Positions 33,454 through 48,091 of a DNA stretch of 61,712 nt are shown here, in pieces (the first letter of the stretch is position 1; each line of letters begins with the position of its first letter). The stretch lies in NCBI GenBank assembly GCA_033442325.1, contig JAWQFM010000016.1:613642-675353 (forward strand), written 5' to 3'. The position numbers were made by a program, and so were the translations under genes. The DNA comes from Salpingoeca rosetta. Lineage: Eukaryota; Protista; Choanoflagellata. The notes under the pieces were generated by a model. The model was not told the origin of the DNA and did not search any database. It saw only the letters and a list, made by a program, of their open reading frames with translations.

Positions 33454-33657
33454 GTGGTTTTGGGATGGAGGCGCTGGGTTCCTGGTGGTGTGTTTTGTGC
33501 GTGACGAAATGCAGCGATTCCTCTGCTGATGTGCGTGGGTATCTTGCGCTGTGCTGTTCTTACATTGTGTGCTTGTTGTGATGTTCACCAGGCGACTTTC
33601 TCCGTGACATCGTCCACCGTGGGCCTTCGAAGCATGCATGCAGGCCTCAAGTGCGTA

Positions 33658-33698
<41 letters not shown>

Positions 33699-34566
33699 TT
33701 GTGCGTTGTGTTGTGTGCTGTATGCTGTGCGTATGTACTGACTCACACATCAACAATCATGTGCCAATCGTGTTGTTCATTCCAGCATGGATGATGTGCC
33801 CTCACGAAGCGGCTCCAAGTGCGTGACTCTGTTTGTTTGTCTGTTTGTCTGTTTGTCTGTCTGTCTGTCTGTCTCTGTCTCTGTCTCTCTCTGTCTCTCT
33901 CTGTCTCTGCCTCTGTATGTCTCTCTGTCTGTCTCTCTCTCTCTTTCTGTCAGAGACACTAACGCCCTCCTCTACTTTGCCCCTCTCCGGCAGATTCAAC
34001 AACTCATATCTGGATGCTTCGTGGAGGGTACGTGCGTGGTTTCAGTGCAACTGTCGCATGTGTGGTTGTCGAGTCACATGCACCGCCAACTGGCGATCCT
34101 TTTGACCCTCATGCATACTTTGTGTTGTGCTGCTCCACGCTGCTGTTGTTGTATCTGCTGCAACACCACAGAGCCGGCCTGACTCGTCGTACCTGGTGAG
34201 CGACATTGCGACCGCCCACTTGCTGACACCCCCCCCTACATCATTTGGTCCATATCTTGCCGTTGGCGTGTAGTTTGCAGCACGTTCTATCGCATGGTAT
34301 TCATATCTCTCGCATGGTATTGATGTTGCATGCTAATTTGTCGCCCGCCCCCTCTCCCCCATTCTGTTCTTTGCCTTTGATGTCGCCAGCATGGTGGGAC
34401 GTCGCAGCATCAGGAGCTGACCCTTCGCCGCAAGGTCGGTGCACGTGTGCCCTAAGTTCAATATTCTACACACAGCAAGTCTGCTGTGCACAGTGTCACT
34501 TGTGAGTGCTCACTTACCCACCCGCGCGCACTTGTTGCAAGCACCCACACGCTGTCACTCTCCCTC

Positions 34567-34624
<58 letters not shown>

Positions 34625-35131
34625 CACACACACACCTCACACACCTCACACACACACACACACACATACACATTTATTTGCGTGCGCGCAACAGCGTCGG
34701 CAGTGGGTTGAGCAGCGGCTGTTTGCGTACAGGGAGGATTTGGCCGACTGGTTCTCGCTCCTCTTTGCCAAGAACATCACAGAGGCTTCGTTCATCTCCG
34801 ACATTGGTGCGCAGCATGGTGCCGTTTGTGCGTGTGTGCGTGTATGTGTGTGTGTGTGTCTGTGCATGTGCATGCGTGTGTGAGCGTCTCTGTGTCTGTG
34901 CATATGTGTGTCATGCTTTTCTGCACAATGTTTGATATTTTACGCTTATGCGTTGCCTCCCTTGTCTTCACTGAACCACTCACACCGACGCATGTGTGTG
35001 GTGCAGAGGACGGCATTCTGCTGTGCCGCCTGGCCACGATGATCGACGCCCGCTACGCCGAGTCAGACAAGGTGCCGAGTGCTCGCGATGCGGGTAATGT
35101 GTTGAATGTGGCCTTGCCGTGCTCACTCACT

Positions 35132-35166
<35 letters not shown>

Positions 35167-35191
35167 ACGCACAAGCACACACACGCACAAG

Positions 35192-35222
<31 letters not shown>

Positions 35223-35448
35223 ACACACGCACACGCACACGCACAAGCACACACACACAAACTATTTCATGCACCAATTACGGTTCACACTTTCCATGTG
35301 CGCTTCTGCCCACCAGACGCGTGGATATGCGGTGGGCCACACGCAGCACCGTGGATCCATCGCCCACACCAAGCTCAGGTTTGGACATGAGGGATGGTCA
35401 TGACGGTGGTGATGATGATGACGATGATGATGATGATGGTGGTGGTGG

Positions 35449-35524
<76 letters not shown>

Positions 35525-37422
35525 GGTGGTGATGGTGATTCTTGTTGGCACCTTGCTTTGTACACCAATGGAGCCGCTTGTCATCTATGAGACGGGCCGT
35601 GCACTCGTGCAATGACGATGCAATCTCGCTTCTTCGCCGCTCTACGCTTTCAGGTACAACAGCAGGGCGGCCAAGGGAACGTTCTTCGCCCGGGATAACG
35701 TCTCCACCTTCATCTCATGGGCACGAAACCTTGGTACGTGCTGGGCTGTCTGCATTTGTATGCGTGCGTGACGATATAGCTGCGCCACTGTGTGTGTGTG
35801 TGTGTGTGTGGTTGCATGTGTGTGTGTGTGTGTGTCGATGCGTGCGGTTGGGGGTACCTCTCACACTGCGCGTTGTGCGTATTACTTCGACGATGCACGC
35901 GCCTCACTGCCTCTTGTTGTTTGTGTGAACACGTCGATGATTTGCTTGCAGGCATTGACGAGACGGTTTTGTTTGAGACGGGCGATCTGGTGGAGCGCAA
36001 GAACGAGAAGCACGTCCTCTACTGTCTCATGGAGGTGCGCACCTTCCCATTTGCATACACACACACGCACACACACACACACGCACGCACAGACGCGCAC
36101 ACACCGAATGACAAGGCCATCTCATTTTGCTTGCACCCTTGTTGTGCATCGTTGACCCTTGTTGTGCATCGTTGTCTGTCATGGAACACGTGTTTGAACC
36201 AAGTATCAAAGTCGATACTCACTCCACATGTTATCACCATGATGAACACCACTACAATAACCACCACCACCACCACCATCACCATCACCATCACAATCAC
36301 CACCATCGCGACAGATTGCGCGTGTGCAGGATGTGCTTGAGCCACCATCGCTGATCAAATTGGAGCGCTCGATCGACCGCAACGGCTTCATTGCCGTGGA
36401 CACGGATGCGCTCGAGGCAGCCATTACAGACCTCTGCCACCGCCTCAACACCCCGCGGTCACGGTGCGCGCCAACCGCGGTGGTGGGAGCATGGGAAACG
36501 AGGTGTCGGGCTTGGATGGCGCGCGTGCGTGTGTTTGTGTGCATGCGTAATTGTGCGTGTGTATGCGCGCTATTGTGTCTGCTTGTGTCTGTGTATTTTG
36601 TGAGAGCACCATGAACATACGTCATCACCACCACCTCACATGGCATCTCCGCGCGTCCCTGTATCGTCATCAGCATTGAGCGCCTGTCGCCCGGCTTCTA
36701 CACCGTCGACGGCCGCGAGTTTTACCTCGCCCTCATCCGCGACGTATGCACACGCACACTCGCACGCTTGCGTGACATCCATGTTGTTCCTCCCATCATC
36801 AACTCAACTCACCTCACCTCACGTCACGTCACCTCACCTCACCTCTCGTCGCTCTGCCCCCACACCTCACCACACCTCACCTCACGTCACGACAATCCAT
36901 CGACGTTTGCGGGTGCAGCGCGTGCTGGTGCGCAACGGAAAGCACTGGGACCCGCTCGAGCACATCCTCAGCCAGGCGCCAGAGAACGTACGAACCGTGC
37001 AACGCTTGCTTGCAACCACGCTCACATGCATGCACCACAAACGCGCTCATCCGTGGCCATCACTCACACCCTTCCTCCTTCTCTTCGCCCCCCCCCCCCA
37101 CTCGTTCCACATTGCCACCCTTCCGCCCTTGATTCCACCAGGGCGCGTCTCGGCCTGCGACTGCTGGCGATGGCAGCGGCACCACGAAGCCACGTCGGCC
37201 CTCCGCCACCGCAGCCGCTCCACAACCGAGGTGCCCGCTGTGTTAACACTTGGTCGTGTCTTTGGTTTCGGTCGCGCGTGTCAGTACGTTGTGGAAGCAT
37301 GCGCACACAAACACACACACACACGCACACACACGCACGCACACACACACACACACGCACACACACACGCACACGCACACGGTCACACACACACACACAC
37401 ACACACGCACACACACACACAC

Positions 37423-37464
<42 letters not shown>

Positions 37465-39968
37465 CCTCGCGCACCCATCTCTCCTCCCTCGCTCCTTTTA
37501 TTGCTTCCACACACTCGCACACGACCCTGCCGCTTTCAATCTCACCACCACCACCACCACCACCACCACCACCACCACCAGCGGGCGGTCGCCGTCGTCC
37601 ACGCAACTTGGTGCCGCCTCTGGCGATGCCCAGCCAGCAGCCACGTCCCCGCGCTCAGCAGCCTTTGCCTCCGCACCCCGCTCCCCGCTCGATCGCAGCA
37701 CCAGCAACCTCGACGGCGATGCCGTCAGCAGTCGTGGCCCTGGCAGCGGTGGCCGTGGCCCTAGCAGCGCCCCGCTGAGCGCGAGCGGCCTCACGCTGCC
37801 TGTCCCACGTGGGCGAAGCGGCCGCAACACAAGTACCAGCAGTGGTGGCGTTGGCGGTGGTGGTGCTGGCGGCGGTGTCGATGACAGTCGCAGCAGCAGC
37901 CAGAACACAAGTCGCCGCCGCTCCAATGCCGGAGAATCGGTCCGCCCCGCCATCTTGCAGGACAGCCTGCACGGCCCGGCCATCCCGACACACGACAACC
38001 AGGCCCTGCTCGACGAGGTGCGTTTCTGTACATCTGTGTTTCTGTGGTTATGTGTGTTTGTATGCACGCGGTTGTGTGTGTGTGTGTGTTTGCATATATG
38101 CGGTTGTGTGTGTGTGTGTTTGCATTTCGTGTGTTTGCATGTGGGTGTTGCGTGCGCATTCATTCGCGCGCGTGCCATGCGCCCTTTCCATCTCACGGCC
38201 CCTGTGGCCACCCAATCACCCATCCCACTGCATACCACTCACCCCTCCGAACAACAATCGTGTTTGCAGATTGAGGAGCTTCAGCGGCGCGTTGCTGAGC
38301 TCGAGGGCGACCTGACGGAGGCCGAGGCCGCCTGTGATGACGAGCGATGCGCACACGATGACACGCGCGCACAGCTCGCAGACCTCAAGGACAGGTGCGA
38401 TAGATTACCAAAAATTTGGGGGGGGGGGGGGAGGGAGGAGAGAGGGATGTTGCCTGTTGGTCTTATTGAATGTGTGCTGTTGCTCACATGGCTGTTTTTC
38501 CTTCTTGCACTGACCACCGTGTGCTGAATGCAGACTTGCTGCCCAACCCTCTTCCGACGACTTTGTGAGAACACAACACATGCGTCCATGCACACATGCA
38601 CGTGTGCCTGTTGGTGCACTCGTCAGGGACACCTTCATTTAGCCCTCTCAAGCGCTCAGACGGCCTTCAACACCCCTCCCCCCTCACATGACCCTCCCTC
38701 CCCCAACACACACTCACACACTCACGCAACATGTGCATGTGCACACTACTCCCAGGCCGAGCTTGAGGCGCAGAATTCGGAGGCGGCGCAGCGGCTGAAG
38801 GACTGCATCGATGACATGGAGCGCATGCGCGACGATTACGACGGTGATACGACAAGCAGTGGGCGTGGGGGAGGGCGTGGCTGTGTTGATGTGTGTGTGT
38901 GTGTGTGCGTGTTGATGTGTGCATGTGCATGTGCATGTGCATGGTAGGAGTATGTGCATGTGTGTTTGTGTGTGCGTCTGCGTCCACGATTGACGTACAT
39001 TCTCACCTGCGTGCGACACCCCCCCCCTGCCTCTCGTCCCATTCCAATCGTCCTCCTCTGCATTCTTTGCACCACTGCCGCCACCAGCTGCGTTGGAGCG
39101 AAAGGACCAGGAGCTGGCTGGCCGCGACAGCACCATCAATCTCCTCCAAGAACAGCTCGACGCAGCTGCTGCCCCAGCGGTACGCACACGCACACGCACA
39201 CACGCGCACACGCGCACACGCACACACACACAATTGTACACGCGCGCACACACAATTGTACACGCACACACACACAATTGTACACGCGCACACACACCCA
39301 CACACACAATTGTACACGCACACACACACCCACACACACACACAATTGTACACGCACACACATGCATGCAACTACACACACACATGCATGCAACTACGCA
39401 CGCACACACATATACATACAACTACGCACGCACACACATATACATGCAACTACACACGAGACAGCCATTATTGGTTCGTTTGTGCCGTATGTGAGAGGTA
39501 AGCCGCAACAGCATTGCTGTCTCGTATTGCACTCACGACACTGTGATGTCTCTGTTCCGCTTGGCAGAACGTCATTGAGCCAGAGCACGTGGAAAAGCTC
39601 AACGGTGAGAGGATGTGTGCAGGTGATTTTGTGTGTCATTGCGTGCATGATGCCCATCTGCCACGGGTGTCCACGACCAAGTCACTACCCACCCCTTGAC
39701 TCATTCATTTCTCTCTTGACCATCCCACCCTCCCTCCCTTACGTACGTTTCCAAACATACCCGTGTCTGTCCCTTTGTGCAGCGCAACTTGCGGATGCGC
39801 ACGCCGCTGTTGAGGACGAGAAGCAGAAGAGCGCCGCTCTGCAGGAAAAGGCAGATGCCCTTGGCGGTCAGTCCCCTCGTCTCAGACACAGCGTTGCTCT
39901 CGCTCACAAGCACACTTGCGCGACGTGTTCTTAGCGGTCCACAACTCACGTCACACACACACACACAC

Positions 39969-40013
<45 letters not shown>

Positions 40014-40029
40014 CACACACACACACACA

Positions 40030-40066
<37 letters not shown>

Positions 40067-40451
40067 CACACATCTTGCGACACTACGTACCGCCCGAGGC
40101 GAGCCCATGGATTCGTGCTGGAATCGCCAAGTAAACGCAATAAGCGGATCGCCTAGCGTCGCAGGCTAGTACAAACTGCGTAAATAGAGCCAGGGATCAC
40201 CCGCCGGAAATTATTTTCTGGAGCGCCCGGGTTCAATTCATATTTTGGACATCTAAACCGTAGGCGTACAAAAANNNNNNNNNNNNNNNNNNNNNNNNNN
40301 NNNNNNNNNNNNNNNNNNNNNNNNNNNNNNNNNNNNNNNNNNNNNNNNNNNNNNNNNNNNNNNNNNNNNNNNNNNNNNNNNNNNNNNNNNNNNNNNNNNN
40401 NNNNNNNNNNNNNNNNNNNNNNNNNNNNNNNNNNNNNNNNNNNCACACACA

Positions 40452-40494
<43 letters not shown>

Positions 40495-40514
40495 CACACA
40501 CACACACACACACG

Positions 40515-40551
<37 letters not shown>

Positions 40552-42716
40552 CCTCCTTCACCCTGAAACCCCTCCATTTTGCTCTTCGTCCACGCCACCA
40601 CCTCGTCACGTTGTCGTGCAGAACTGCATCGCGTGCACGAGAACACACGCGCCGAGCTAGAAGACGCGCTGGACCGCATCTGCCACCTCGAGAAGCTCCT
40701 CGCAGACGAGGAGGTGTGTCATGTGTGCGTTTGTATTAGTGCACTGCACGGTAGCAGTCAGCTGCTCGTCATTTTTCATGCACTTACTGTCTTCCATTTA
40801 TCATTCATCTCTCCTTCCCCGACTCAACCTCTCCCCGTCACTGCGCCCGCAGTCGTCGTCTGCCGCTGCTGTTGCTGCGCTTGAGGATGAGCTGAAGAGC
40901 GCTGCTGGCGAGAAGGACAGCGCCGCAGCGGAGAACGCGCAACTCAAGGCTGACAACGACAGCGCACAGGACACCATCAAGGACCTCAACAACACCATCG
41001 ACGCCCAAACCAAGGAGCTAGATCGGCTCAGGGAGTGAGTTGTGATATTGTTGTGTTGTGATTGTGATTGTGCTGTGGTGTGTTGTGTTGTATGGTGTTG
41101 TGTTGTGTGCATGTCAGTGCACAGTTGTACCTGTGCATATGCATGTGCTGTGCAATTCCAGCGCGGGCACGTTGCAAATGGTTGTGCTCATCAATCGCTC
41201 ACATGGCTCCACCGCGTGCAATGCACTGCACCCTGCTTGCAGGGAGCTTGAGAACGCCGGCGGTGACGCAGCGCGCGCGGCGCTGGCGCAGGGAGAGCTT
41301 GGCGAGAAGGCAGACATGCTGGCGGCTGAACTTGCCAAGGAGCGGGCAGCAGCGGAGGCAGCACAGGAGGAGAAGGAGGCCTTGAAGAAGGAGGTGGACG
41401 ACAAGGCCAATGCGCTTGCAGCTGCGGAGGCTGAGCGAGACGCCGCGCTCAAACAGGCGGAGGACGACAAGGCCGCGGCTGATGCTGAGGCAGATGCGTT
41501 GAACGACGAGATTGCCGATCTCAAGTCGAAGCTCGCAGACGCCAGCAAGGCCCTCGAGGACAAAGATGGTCGGTTTGACGGATTGCGCGCAGTTGTTTTG
41601 GTGGGAGGGGGGAGCTTGAAGGGAGGAAGTCAGTTGGTACACAAGTGTGTCGACTCACCACACATACATTTATTTACACTCACGCACTCACACGCACACA
41701 TGCACACACATGCACACACATGCACATAATCCCTCACTCATTCACTCACACACACACACACACACACACTCACCCAAACACACGCACACACTCGCTCACT
41801 CACACGCACAACAAAACCAGGCCTGCAGTCTGTGCTGCAGGACCGCGACGCGGAGCTTGCACTGCTGCGAGAGCAGCTTGACAACAAGACAAAGGAGTCT
41901 GAAGACCTTCAAGGCAAGCTGGACGAGCTGCAGAAGCGCGCAGATGAGCTTGCAGGCAAACTTGCCGCCGCGGAGAAGGAGGCGGCGGACCTTCAGTCCA
42001 ACGCGGACGCCATGGCGAGGGAGAACGAGAAGGCCAGTGGCGATGCAGAGCGCGCTCTGGCGGAATGCAGCGAGGCCCGCTCTGATCTCGGTGCGGCGCC
42101 TGGTGATGTGATGATGCGTTTTGCACCTTGCCGCTTGTGGCTGTTCTCGCTCACACGTTTGTTCCTCCCTTTTCTCTTGCTAGTCCTCTCGAAGCACTTA
42201 TCACGTCCCACCATGTTTCCTCTATCACACCCATCACTTCTCGCACTCACCACGGCCACCACCACACTCATCACCCCGTGCCGTGTGTGCAGAGGCGCGG
42301 CTCGGCGCAGCAGAGTCGTCGCTTGCGGACCGCGACGACGAGCTCGCCAAGTTGCGGGTTGAGCTTGACGAGGCGAAAGACGCCCTTGCAACGGCACAGG
42401 GCGAAGCCGCAGACCTCAAGCAGGTGTGACGGCGGTGACCGTAATGGTGGTGCTGCCGGTGGGATTGGCGCGTGGTTGTGGCCCGATGAATGCTTTGGCC
42501 CAGTTGCTGTCACATCATATGTGGTGCTGTTGCCTCATTGCATTTTTGTTTTCGTTGTTGTTTGGACGCACGGCAGGAGCTGGAGGACAAGAGTACCGAC
42601 ATTGAGGCGCTCAATGACACGAAGCGTGCACTCGAGGTGTGGCTGCTGTCGTGACGCTTGTGTCTTGTGTTCGTTTGGTTGTGCAATGCCCTGAACATCC
42701 CTGTCTCACACACTTG

Positions 42717-42766
<50 letters not shown>

Positions 42767-44702
42767 CACACACATACACATTGCCCGCTGGCTTGCACAG
42801 GGCCAGGTGGAGGAACTTCGGCCCGAACTCGCGGCGACAAAGGAGGACCGCGACGCAAAGCAGGAACAGCTCAACTCTGCAAACGACAGAATTGCCGAAA
42901 TCGAGGTGGCTTCATGTCACACGGCTGCTAACTCGTCAACTTGAAGCACTTTTTGACCAGTTGCTGCTGTCACATGCTGCTGCGGCTGTTGTGATGTTTG
43001 CATGCCAATAATCACACCTGCATCCCGCTTAATGACCAACCCTCAACACACCCACGCGCGCGCTTACATGGCTTCGCGTGCTCCTAGGCGCTTCTTGCAA
43101 ACAAAGAGGCTGACGCGGACACGAGTGCTGCGGAGAGCGGTGCGCTGCAAGAACAGTTGCAGCAGCTGCAGATCCAGTACAACCTGCTGCAGGAGGGCAT
43201 GATCAAGGCCGAGCGCAAGTGCGAGGAGGAGAAGAAGCATCTTCGCGACGACAGGGACCGCGCCATTGGTACGCCCCTCTTGGGTGCCCTGTTGTGTCGT
43301 GATGGCGTGTCGTGATGGCATGGGAGATGTGTTAGTTTGGCCAGCTGCGCGCTGTTGTGCGTCGCATTCCTCGTCGCTGAAGAGCAATGGGTTGATTGCG
43401 CCGCCACCTTGCCTCTCAGGCGTGCAAACATTCCCACCACTACCAATACCAACCCCCCCCCCCAACCACCACCAAAACCATGGTCAGACGATGTGGTGCT
43501 GCTCGAGGATTTGAACGGGCGCCTTCTGGCCGACATTCAGGCGCTTGAGGAGCGGTGCTCGTCGCTGATGTTGCGGCTGCAGCAGCACGAGGAAAACCTG
43601 CAGGACCTGCAGGGCCTGGCGCAGGAGAGCCAGGACGCCGTGCTCACACTCCGCAGGCAGAAGGAGGAGGCCGAGGAGGAGGCGGCTGCTTCCCGGTGCG
43701 TTGATGATGGCGGTGCTGCTGTTGGTGGTGGTGCTGTTGGTGGTGGTGGTGCTGTTGGTGATGGTGTTAGAAGTTGCTCCTGTGTGTCACCTCCCTTCTT
43801 TTCCTCCTCTTTCGATTAGTTCGACCTGCTTGTTTCCCTTTGCCCCCCCCCCCTCTCTCTTCGGCGCCTGTCGTTGTGTGCCAACCATCTTCCCAAACCT
43901 CACCTGCTTACACGTCCAACACGGTTGTAATTGCTCCTGTTCACCAGCGCCGACCGCGACACCGCCCAGGCCGAACTCGACGCAATCGCTGAGCGCGAGA
44001 GGTGCCCGCCGTGTGTGCCTGTGTGTGTCTGTCTGTGTCTGTCTGTGTCTGTGTCTGTGTGTGTGTGTCTGTGTGTGTCTGTGTGTATGTGCGTGTGTGT
44101 GTGCCTGTGTGCGGTTGTGCCCCACACTTTCTCTCCTCTTCGCCTGACACACCATTGTTACCGGTCTACTGCGACTGCTGCTGCTGCGTCCTCAGGCAGG
44201 AGCGCGAGGCGGAAGAGGAAGAGGAGCGACGAAAGCGCGAGGAAGAGGAGGAAGCGGCGCGGCTGCAGGCCGAGAAGGAGCGCCAGGAGGCCGAGGAACA
44301 CGAGGTGTGCGTGTGTGTACGTGTGTGTGTGCGCGCGCGCGTGTGTGTGTGTGTGCGTGCGTGTGTGTATGCGTGTGCGTGCGTGCGAGTGTGTGAACAT
44401 CGAGTGTCGCTTAGATCTCAATCTCGTTCAGTGATATTTTTGATCCACCTGATGGAATTGTCTTGCTCGCCAAGCAATGCAACTGCGTGCATTCACGACC
44501 ATACACCCCTGACCCTCCTTGCGTCGTTCTGCAGCGAGCCATGAAGATCCTTGAGCAGAACAAAGAGCTGCAGAAACTGCACCAGAACCTCGGCCCAGCC
44601 AGGTGAGTGATGCTGTTGTTTCTGTTGCTGCTGCTTATGGTCGTTGATAGGAACGTTGTGTGCTGCGTAGGCACGATGCGAAGCCATGCACACATTCACA
44701 CA

Positions 44703-44750
<48 letters not shown>

Positions 44751-45167
44751 TGCGTCACAGGGAGGACGTTGCTGATTGGATCAACGAATTGCTCGGCACA
44801 AACATCCAACCAGCAGCGCTCTTCCATGAGCTGCAGGTGCGAAATCGGGCTTGAGAGGAAGTGGTCGTTTGATTGTCGCGGTGGTCGCAATTGTGTTGCG
44901 CTGCAGATGGACCCTGTGTCGCTTGCTTCCTTGTCCTGCCACTCACTCACTCACTCACTCACCCACTCACTCACTTCCTCCCACCCTCCCTCGCACACGC
45001 TCTAACTGCCACTGTCCCGACTGAACAGAGTGGCACGGTGCTGTGCCAGCTGGCCAATGTCATTGATGAGCACGAGGAGGAGACGCGGCTCGGTGAGGAG
45101 TCGGAAGGAACAGGAAAGGGCACCGGCACGCGGAAGCCCGTGAGTTTGCTGATGCAGGCATGCTCCT

Positions 45168-45248
<81 letters not shown>

Positions 45249-45461
45249 GCATCAACCGTGCGTTCACGGCTAACCCCCGTCCTTGCCCCCTTCGTGGTGT
45301 TGTCACTGGCAGAAATCCACCGCCACCTCCTCCTCTGCATCGCCTGGTGCGGCCTCCAAGAAGCCATCGTCATCTGCCGCCAAGTCGAGGGGTCTTCGCA
45401 CGCCCCGCACAGGAGCAGCTGCAAAGTCCCCACGAGGTCGTCAGTTGTGTGCCTGTGCGTG

Positions 45462-45545
<84 letters not shown>

Positions 45546-46137
45546 TCCTTTGTGGGTTGGCTTGCTCTTGCCTTGCCCCGTGTTGCCCTCGTGTTGCATT
45601 CCCTTGCTGCAACAACCGTTGACCCCAATCCCCTTCACCGTACGTCCTGCTGTTGCCTCCCTCAGTGAAGCGCAAGGCCTCCAACCACCCGAGCGTGCTG
45701 ACGCGTGCCTCGTGTCCATCCGCATACGAACCCATCCGCCGCAAGCGCCGCCGCATCCCGCGCTACGCATACAAGCCACCAGGTCTGGCACGCCTGTCAC
45801 GAGAAGCGTGGGGGTGCTGAATGTGGGGTGGCAGCGTTGACGTGTTTGCTGCGTGTACAACAGCCACAGGATCGTGTATGAATGGTGTGCATGCGCCATT
45901 CACCGACCCTTTCACAAGACACTACCACAAACCTCACCGCCGAAACCCCCTTGTTGCAGAGGGCCAGAGTGTGCTTGGCAATTACATCAAGACTCGCAAC
46001 ATCCCGTACTGCCCATTCGAGCCCAAGGCCAAGCCTGGTACGCACATATGCGTGTGTGTCCGTGTGTGTCCGTGTGTGTGTGTGTGTGTCCGTGTGTGTG
46101 TGTGTGTGTGCGTGTGTGTGTGTGTGTGTGCGTGTGC

Positions 46138-46220
<83 letters not shown>

Positions 46221-46856
46221 GCCCCTCCCATTTGTGCCGCGCACAAGCGTTTACATCAATCACACGCAACCCGCGTTGCGCACGGTTGCCTGCAGGCACA
46301 ACCAAGGCGCGCGACAACGTGAACAACTTCATCCGGTGGGCGCGGGAGCTCGGCATCACCGACCCGGACGTGTTCCGCGCCGATGATCTGCTGCACCTCA
46401 AGGACCCGCGTCGTGTGCTGTGGGGTCTCTTTGACGTCGCCCGGCGCACCCGCGCCATCCGCGTGCCCAGGGTTGTCTGGCTTGAACGCCTGCGCTACAT
46501 GCAACCGACAAAGTGCGGACGCTTCAGGATGTGTGTGTGTGTGTTTTGCAGAGATTGAGGTGCCACAACCCTTCTTTGCACTCTTCAACCATGCCGTTCC
46601 TCTTCTTTCTTCGTACGCCCTGCCTCGTCTCCTCACACACACACACACTCTCTCTCTCTCTCACACATCACACCAGGGCTGTGAAGGGCGATGCGTTGGA
46701 CGCTGCTGTGCGCAGTGTTGTGAACGAGAGCATTAACCAGCCGCGCCTCCGCGTCACGCGCATTGCGGAGGGCAAGTACACCTTTGGCGAGGAGATGACC
46801 AAGCCCCTCCTCATGCGCATCACGCAAAAGGTGCGCACGTTTCTTGTATTCGCGTC

Positions 46857-46904
<48 letters not shown>

Positions 46905-47264
46905 TGTCTGTCTGTCTGTCTGTCTGTGTGTGTCTGTCTGTCTGTGTGTGTCTGTCTGTCTGTGTGTGCGTCTGCATTTTCTCTGTCTGTGATTCTGTGT
47001 GTGCGTCTGTATTTTCTCTGTCTGTGGTTCTGTGTATCTGCCTAAATGTTGACATTCTCATCCATCCCCGAACTTGCACCCACTTTCGATTGCCACTGCA
47101 TATTCCAGAATGTGCTGGTGCGCGTTGGTGGTGGGTGGCAGTCACTGCGCAAGTATCTTGAGACGCACTTCCCGACCGACCCACGCGTGAAGGCGGAGAA
47201 GCAGCGCCTTGAACGTGAGTTTCTGTTGGCTCAGGTCACCGATCAAGTCGAAGTTGCAATCTGA
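33282..47264 (+). CDS. Giant GAS2-like protein: CH-GAR - long coiled coil/SAH - CH-GAR (about 1,600 aa, about 40 exons)
   Basis: CH1 YREDLADWF...DGILLCRLA...[48 protein letters not shown]1 IERLSPGFY...[10 protein letters not shown], an acidic heptad rod, CH2 [12 protein letters not shown]...[10 protein letters not shown]...[19 protein letters not shown]2 [10 protein letters not shown]...[17 protein letters not shown]. All exon junctions traced in phase. Confidence 0.88.
35400..35538. repeat. (GAT/GGT)n intronic trinucleotide repeat
   Basis: Seen directly within a GAS2-like intron. Confidence 0.95.
39225..39455. repeat. Intronic AC-derived minisatellite (CACACAATTGTACACG and CAACTAC units)
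   Basis: Five CAATTGTACACG copies followed by four CAACTAC copies. Confidence 0.85.
40275..40443. other. Assembly gap (N) in a GAS2-like intron
   Basis: N run. Confidence 0.99.
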
Positions 47265-47408
47265 CATTCACTCCTGGGCAAACACAAATACACACACCTA
47301 TTGGCCGACACAATTGCCCTCACCCACTCACTCCCTCTCACTCACTCACTCACTCACTCACACACACACACACACACACAATTGCCCTCACACACACACA
47401 CACAATTG

Positions 47409-47463
<55 letters not shown>

Positions 47464-47466
47464 ACA

Positions 47467-47501
<35 letters not shown>

Positions 47502-47922
47502 CGATTTGGGACAAGAACCGCGAGGCACCCAAGAAGTACGACAGCGCAGATGGACACAAGATGAACTTCCAAACAACCCGAAACGACATGCTTTTCCATG
47601 AATAGACGCCCCACCACAACCAATACACCCCCATGACTTCCCCTTTGTGCTCTATTCTGTACCACACCACTGTGCATCCCCCACCCGTCCCTTGTTGTGT
47701 ATCCCACTCTACTTGCCCACGCTGCAGTGCCCTGCTTCCTACGCGTGCGTCGTTCATATGGGTGTGCAATGCACGTCAAGGCATACATGTCACGCAGCCC
47801 CTTGACCCTGTTAAATTGTTCGTTACCCTCTTCGCCCTTTCTTCCGTTGATTGCACGCCTGTCCCGTTAAAACCCCAAACGGCTCAACTCCACCTGCCAC
47901 GGCTTCTTTGGCAGCACTCCGC

Positions 47923-47957
<35 letters not shown>

Positions 47958-48091
47958 CTTGGTGGTGGTAAGGATTTCTGTTTTACTCTGAGCCGCGACC
48001 AGCCCGCAAAAGGAAAATGGGAAACCGACACGGAAGCGACAGTCAGAGGGTCGACGAGGGGGAAACAAGTAGCACACAATCAACAGACACC

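Noticed and set aside
44540-47264. Second CH-GAR as an independent gene starting at ATG 44541
   Set aside because: The ATG sits just inside a CAG acceptor in phase with the upstream exon, which has no stop codon.
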